DNA from: Spizellomyces punctatus DAOM BR117
Lineage: Eukaryota
Assembly: GCA_000182565.2 (NCBI GenBank)
Contig: KQ257450.1
Strand: one strand, 5' to 3'
Length of the DNA: 64,000 bases
In this document: one piece after another, positions 58,315-64,000 of the stretch
Numbering within the stretch: position 1 is the first letter of the stretch
How the letters are laid out: every line of letters begins with the position of its first letter
Notes under the pieces: model-generated
Told to the model about the DNA's origin: nothing
Database searches by the model: none
The model's input: only the letters and a program-made list of their open reading frames with translations
Position numbers and translations under genes: made by a program

Positions 58315-61300
58315 TCAAGGGTAATTCTGCTCTGCTGTGGGGTAATTTTCTTTTTCTGAAGTATTTGCTGGACCAAATGGTGGAGAGAAGAACTGAGGAT
58401 CGAGGATACTCGGCGAGCGAATTGTGAGAGGCATGTTTTCCGCCTCGCCGCCTTCGGATGGCCGAGATTCCGGCCTATTTTGCACCTCTACATGTATAGA
58501 TGGATCACCTGCTGCTACTCGCACAACAGTTGCCCCCGCATCGTCGCCAACGTCCTCGAACGCGTCTTCGACGGCAGTACCGAGATCGGAGATCACGTTC
58601 TCCTCCGCAACACGCTCATCCGTCCCGAGCTTGGCATTGAGGGAATCGCTTTCTCCGTCGCTCTTTGCGCTGCCAAACATTTCCTTAAACTTTCTTCTCA
58701 CCTCCTCCCAAAACTCCTTCACCTGGTCAGCACTTTCGCAAAAGTCTGTCAGCGCCTTCCGCAATGTTTCTGGATCTGGATTCTTCTCAATGGCACCCTT
58801 TAGGTCTTTAGCGCTACCACCTGATCTCTCCAAACCAGGCGCACTGCCTGAGCCTGTCAGATGCATTCGATTGGCCACCCACCAAAATCCACCACCCTCT
58901 TCAGCTGTACCAATCTGTACAAAGGCAACGCCGCTCCGATGTACCCATTGAGTGCGTTTGTAGCCTCGCCCTCGATCATAGGACCAGGTAACAGAACCCG
59001 GCGGGAAGGCTGAGTCAGCCTCCACATCCAGCACAAAATTAAACTTCCTTACTAATTCTGTGAGATAAAAAGTGGATGGAAGCGATGAATGCGGTAACGG
59101 TGGTTGCTCAGCAGCGGGGATTATCCGGGTGACAGATTGGAATGGGTTGTCGTCAGAAAGGGGTTCCGCCTAGGAAAAGGAGATTGGAATGTCCGCAAAG
59201 GGTAAATGAGCAGCAGTCCATGAAGCTTACCTGTTCAATCCCGGCCTCTACCATTTTAAAGCCGCATTTCTCCGCCACTCTCGCCCAGCCGCCAACAAGG
59301 TCTTCTATCCACCTCGGACTGCATACAAGCCAATGCAGTTGAAAGTGAAAACAGTTACGAGGATTATGCACCGTATCATAATGCAACACTGCAGTCTCCC
59401 GCCTCGGCGACCGTCGCTGAGGGTCTAAATCGATCACCATTCGACGAGATAGCCGATATTGCTCTGGTTTCTTTGGGATATGCAGCTGAGCTTGTGACGT
59501 ATGAATAGGTGTGGCGGTTCCAGACGACGTCCCCGATGCGCCACTACTGCTTTCAGATACCTCACCATCTCCCGGCGTTCCGGGCTTTCCCCTCGTCGCA
59601 AACCATGACTGTCCCTTATCCTTCTCCCTTAATGTCCCGCTGGATGACTTCAGATGCTGCGTGCGGATTCGGTAGAAGTAATGTCCGTCCAAAAACCTAT
59701 GCTTCCTGTTGGCATGCTCAAACAGACCCTCTTTCAATAGGAAATTGCCGAATTCGACAGCCTCTTCTCTAGTGTCAATATCGGTGAAATTCCGGATTAT
59801 CCAATCAACGCACTCGCTACCAATGAAGACACGCTCGTATAGCCTAAAATGCCACCGGCGGTCACAAAAAGCGACCCCAATAGGTGGAGGTGCTGCAATT
59901 GCTTGAGCAATCAATTGGATTGGCGTGGTTCGTGTCAATGCACTGGTTGGAGAAGGACAAACACTTGGATGAGCCGGGATGTTTGTTGATGTGGCGGGCG
60001 TCACAGGAGTAGCATTTGCCATGGAGCTGATCGACCCACGTCGTATCAATGGCACTTGTAGGAGATGCTGATGTTGCGACTGCGGATGTCCTGACGTAGT
60101 AGGGGAGACGGCTTCAGTGCCTCCCAACACTTCATCCCTGACAAATCTTGCAGTATTAAAGGTCGTCAATTGAATCTCCAGTCTATGTCCCCCTTTCACG
60201 TTCTTCATCTTCTTCGAGGTGACTGGTGTCTTCACTCCGACGCCATTGAAGCCACTGATTTTTGCCTCTTCTTCTTCCCACGGGGAAACCCATCTCGCAC
60301 GCTCAAACACTTCAATAAACTTTGCAAAGCCAACAAGTCTCACTTCCTCCTCATCCAGGTTTTCCCCTTGTGGGTTCAAAAATGGGCTCATAACCGCCAC
60401 GGTTTCGAGCGGAATGAGGAGAAAGCGCGTACGCCAGAACCGCAAATTCTCCGTCATTTCCTCTTGATAACCCGATATGAGGTGATCAAGGTAGTTCCAG
60501 TTGTACATAGTCACCGGTGGGTAGGTAAAAGTCATGCGTTTTGGACGGTAAAAAGTGTCATGCTTAGGCCATATTCCACATGCGTAAAGGATAGGGAATG
60601 TAGAGTAGGTGACTTTGCGAACATAACGCTTTACCTCAACGTTTTGCCCAGAGGCATCATAAAATAGCCGGTGAACATGATCGCCCAGACTTAGATGATA
60701 CGGAATCGAGACTGGTATAGTTGAAGCTGCGTCGTTGGACGGTACATCTGGCGGTTGCACCGGATGCTGCGGTTGCTGTGCAGGGTGCCTTTGCCCTTGA
60801 GCTAAAGGACGTTGGTGACGCGGCGCGACGTCAGCAAATGACCCAATGAGTCTCTTGTTTGCCTGCTTATCTTGGCTCTGACGGCCAGCGACAGGACTTA
60901 GTGTTCCTCCAGAAACATTGCCTTCTGGCCTTTCGGCGGTGCTGGTCGAAGCCCCCAGCCCTGAGGCTATCAACTGAAAACCTTGTGCCAACCGCTGACC
61001 AACGAGTTCCATCAGAAGCGCCTCGACCTTGAGTCGTCCACTGTTCACACCCGCCCCATCTTCACCTCGCGACTGATACGGCGTTGCGTCATCCGCAGGA
61101 GATACCGTATAGGTATACTCTTCGTAAAACTCCGATAATTCTTCGGCGGTGGGGAAGAAATCGGTCGTCAGCGGCAAGCAGGCAGGCGTGGACAAGCTCT
61201 TCCAATGCATAACTATATCATTATGCGTAGGTGCAAGGATCTGCGGGAAAACATGTTGCCAGCGAAAAAGCTGACTGGTAGCTCGAACAACATTCCGGCT

Positions 61301-64000
61301 CGGGTTGCAGGGATTAATAAGATTCGGTCGTAGGGAAGACTGCAAAAGAAAATTTCGGGCGGCAAGGCCAGTCGCTTGTGCTTTCCCAGGGGACAGCTTG
61401 GGGTACTGGCGCAGATATTCATAGTTGGCGAGCGGCGAATGACCGCCTTTATAGGAGCCAGAGCCGGAGAAACCGTCACGAGTTGCCCGCACATTCATGT
61501 GGCCCCCAGAATGAATTCGAATAGGGGCTAGCGATGTGGAGGCCGGTCCCGCGACACTATCCTCTACATCAGCGCCCTGACTGGAAATGCTGTGCTCGGC
61601 CGGAATTTCAGGTCCTTCAAAAGATGCAGAGCCTGTGATTGGATGGTATTGATTCCCTCTCAGGTCCGGGGTTCCTGTGGAACCATCTGATATGTTCCGG
61701 CTCCCCTTCCTGCTTCCCATGCCGGATCCGGAAATCGTTGACTGTTGATTTGCAAGCCACTGTGGTCGTTGACCCTTCTTGTCCGCGGATTGCCCGTCAA
61801 CTGATCCAGTTGCAGATTTTGCTCCGGGAAACGCATGAGCGAAGGATCCATGGGAAGGAATTGGTCGTAGTTGACTAACAGTGCCGCTTCCACCGGGCGC
61901 AACTTGACGCGCTTGTTCAATACGAGCCTTTGCTCTCAAAAGCGCTGCACGTTCATCGACGTTGAGAGTATCGCCATCCTCCCAAGGGCAGTAATACGTG
62001 GATCCTGGATGCAATGCCCGGATTCCAGCTCCATCCGAGTCCACACTCCGGACGGTATCCCCCGGTGCTGGGCGATGATACCCTGACCTCGCTACGGCCG
62101 CCAACGTGGCAGACGCTAGGCCCTCGGGACTTACCGAAATCGCATTGCCTGTGATTGCGTTACGATTTGGCCCTATGCTTTGCTGGTGCCCATCGGTGCG
62201 CTGCCCTGTTCGCCCGGCCTTAACGCCGGCTGTTGCATCATTCTCCAGCGTTATAGTGTTGACAGTGGAGTTTGATCGGTGCTTGAGCAAGGGTTTATGT
62301 CGGTTGCTGGGCGCAAAAACAAGCTCGTCATAACGATCGCAATCAAAGGGGCTGTCAGATTGAACGGACACGGCTGGGCTGTCATCGTCATCTTCGCCCC
62401 CAATTTCAAACCTAACTCCGCCTTGTCCGGCTCGTTCAGGATGTCCAGCAGAACGCTCCGAACGATTTACAACTGCGTCTAAGGCTAAGGGTTTACTTTC
62501 AGATATTTCGTCGCCACTTGCGTTTTTGTCAAAATACGGTGCTATAATGGCGGAGCCAATCTGTTCCATTACACCCATCATCTGCACTTCATACATCTTA
62601 CAGCGCAGCGTAAATCCGGATCGTGAGTTTTCGTCGTCGCGCGTCCAAAAGCTACACATCACCCAATTAGGCATCATAAAAAAGGGGCGTTCAGGATTGC
62701 TTGGAGACGGATCGTCATAATAAAGAGGATCCCACGCTTCCAATCTTCGTTCCGCACCGGGAGCGGTCCCACCTCCAGCCATTCCCCCTCCGGCAAAATT
62801 AACCCCGGCACCGCCAACCCCAAGCCCTACTTTTTCAAATGACCGATCGACTAATCGACCATTCGTTGCGCCAGGACCAGGAGTAGCCCATCGTTTTTCA
62901 CCGCTAATCGCACTTTCTGTGTCAGCGCTTGTTCCACTGTTGCTCATCGCCCAACCCGAGATCCCTGCCCAGTCCTTTGAGAGAAACTGAAAGAGAGGGA
63001 CTGTGTACAATGGAGGTTTACTTAAGCAAACCAGGTCTAAGCCTATTCCGTTGTCCACCATTCGCTGCGCGGTGAGTCTGAGGAGCTTTTTATCCACTTC
63101 GAAGGTACCCGAACCAGGGGTTATAATAACAATACTCAGGCCGGTGCGGGATAAATCTCGGTCAATGTAGTGGCGATCAAAGGGATTTAGAGCCAGGTTA
63201 ATCGCTTCGAGAATGTTTCCCTCACATGCTGGTGAATTCGAACCGGACAATACAGTTGAGCCGTCTCCGGTAGGTTGCTGGAGCACATCGCGTTGAAAAG
63301 AAATGAATTCCTTCTTCAAAGGGATGAGCACCTGTGACCACTCGCTCCGAATCTCCCAATCAACCACGACTCGATAGAAGTCTCGATACGCTCGTCCAGA
63401 GGTGTCTACGAGTATTGGCACAGCGTGGTTATCGCCGTTTTCAGCTTGATCCTCAAACAAAGAGGACCTCTTATCTGACGCAAGCTCCTCTTGGTTATGG
63501 TAATGGATACGTGCAAATAAAACGATGGATACTACGTGATTTGTTCCGCCTTCCTTCCACTTTGAAAACAGTTGCGGTAAAAATCCATGCACGCACTTTT
63601 CGAAATAAAGTTCCCCGTCTTCATCGAATTCCCACATTTCTTTGCTCATTTGAATGAAGATGAAATATTTGGCCGTTTCGGATCGAAAGATTGTCTTTGT
63701 ATTTTCCGTAATATACCCGCATGCAAACTTCCCAAAGAATTCTAATTATTAAAACAGTTAATTGCTGAATGTCCGTATGCGGTGCTTACCCTTTTTCCTG
63801 CCACTACAATATCCTTGATCTGGGCGCGAATGCCGAGTGAAGATAGCTTTTTGCCGTGATATACGCAACTGTTTGTTAGCATGGTCTTTAATCGCCACAT
63901 GTCGCTTCGTCCAACGTATTGATCTCGAAAATTCAGCTCAACGTAGTCTGCAGCTACAGTGTCCTTGTCAATCTGCGACACGCAGCAAGTTAGCATGACG
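58315..64000 (-). CDS. IML1: GATOR1/SEACIT subunit Iml1/DEPDC5, 5'-truncated by the window edge
   Basis: It contains FRDQYVGRSDMWRL, IFRSETAKYFIFIQMSKEMWEFDEDGELYFEK, GNILEAINLALN, WKSLSTPACLPLTTDFFP, QRLAQGFQ, WNYLD, the DEP domain DRRWHFRLYERVFIGSECVDW...FLDGHYFY and the C-terminal FVLDVEA...QWVHRSGVAFVQI. Confidence 0.95.

Noticed and set aside
1-64000. tRNA, rRNA, CRISPR arrays, intact transposons and stop-codon readthrough (TGA-CTA) signals
   Set aside because: None were recognised by eye, and the stop contexts I checked lack the readthrough motif. Covariance-model and repeat searches were not run, so small RNAs could have been missed.

Overview
This is a gene-dense, intron-rich eukaryotic window. 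Introns are mostly short (about 50-100 nt) GT-AG introns with CTRAY-like branch sites. The source is inferred to be a flagellated, chytrid-type fungus, because fungal-type housekeeping genes (Sqt1, Cat2, Get5, Jjj1, Bim1/EB1, Iml1) sit beside motile-cilium genes (a DNAH1-type axonemal dynein, SPAG6/PF16, TBC1D32/BROMI). About 19 protein-coding genes could be reconstructed by hand-splicing; exon boundaries are my manual reading and family assignments rest on recalled motifs, not database searches. The main observations are: (1) a Spindly-like dynein adaptor with a CC1 box, a Spindly motif and a CNQQ farnesylation box; (2) a contiguous BROMI-DNAH1-SPAG6 ciliary cluster with RFX X-box-like sites in the shared promoter; (3) a bacterial-type FtsX/MacB-family (type VII ABC) permease with about 15 introns and no ATPase in the window; (4) head-to-head with that permease, an intronless 410-aa orphan ORF, the two sharing a promoter with tandem ACGCGT boxes; (5) a carnitine acetyltransferase with both a mitochondrial presequence exon and a peroxisomal PTS1; (6) two small spliced orphan genes missed or only partly captured by the ORF track, one behind a near-perfect X-box. 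I recognised no tRNA, rRNA, CRISPR array or intact transposon.
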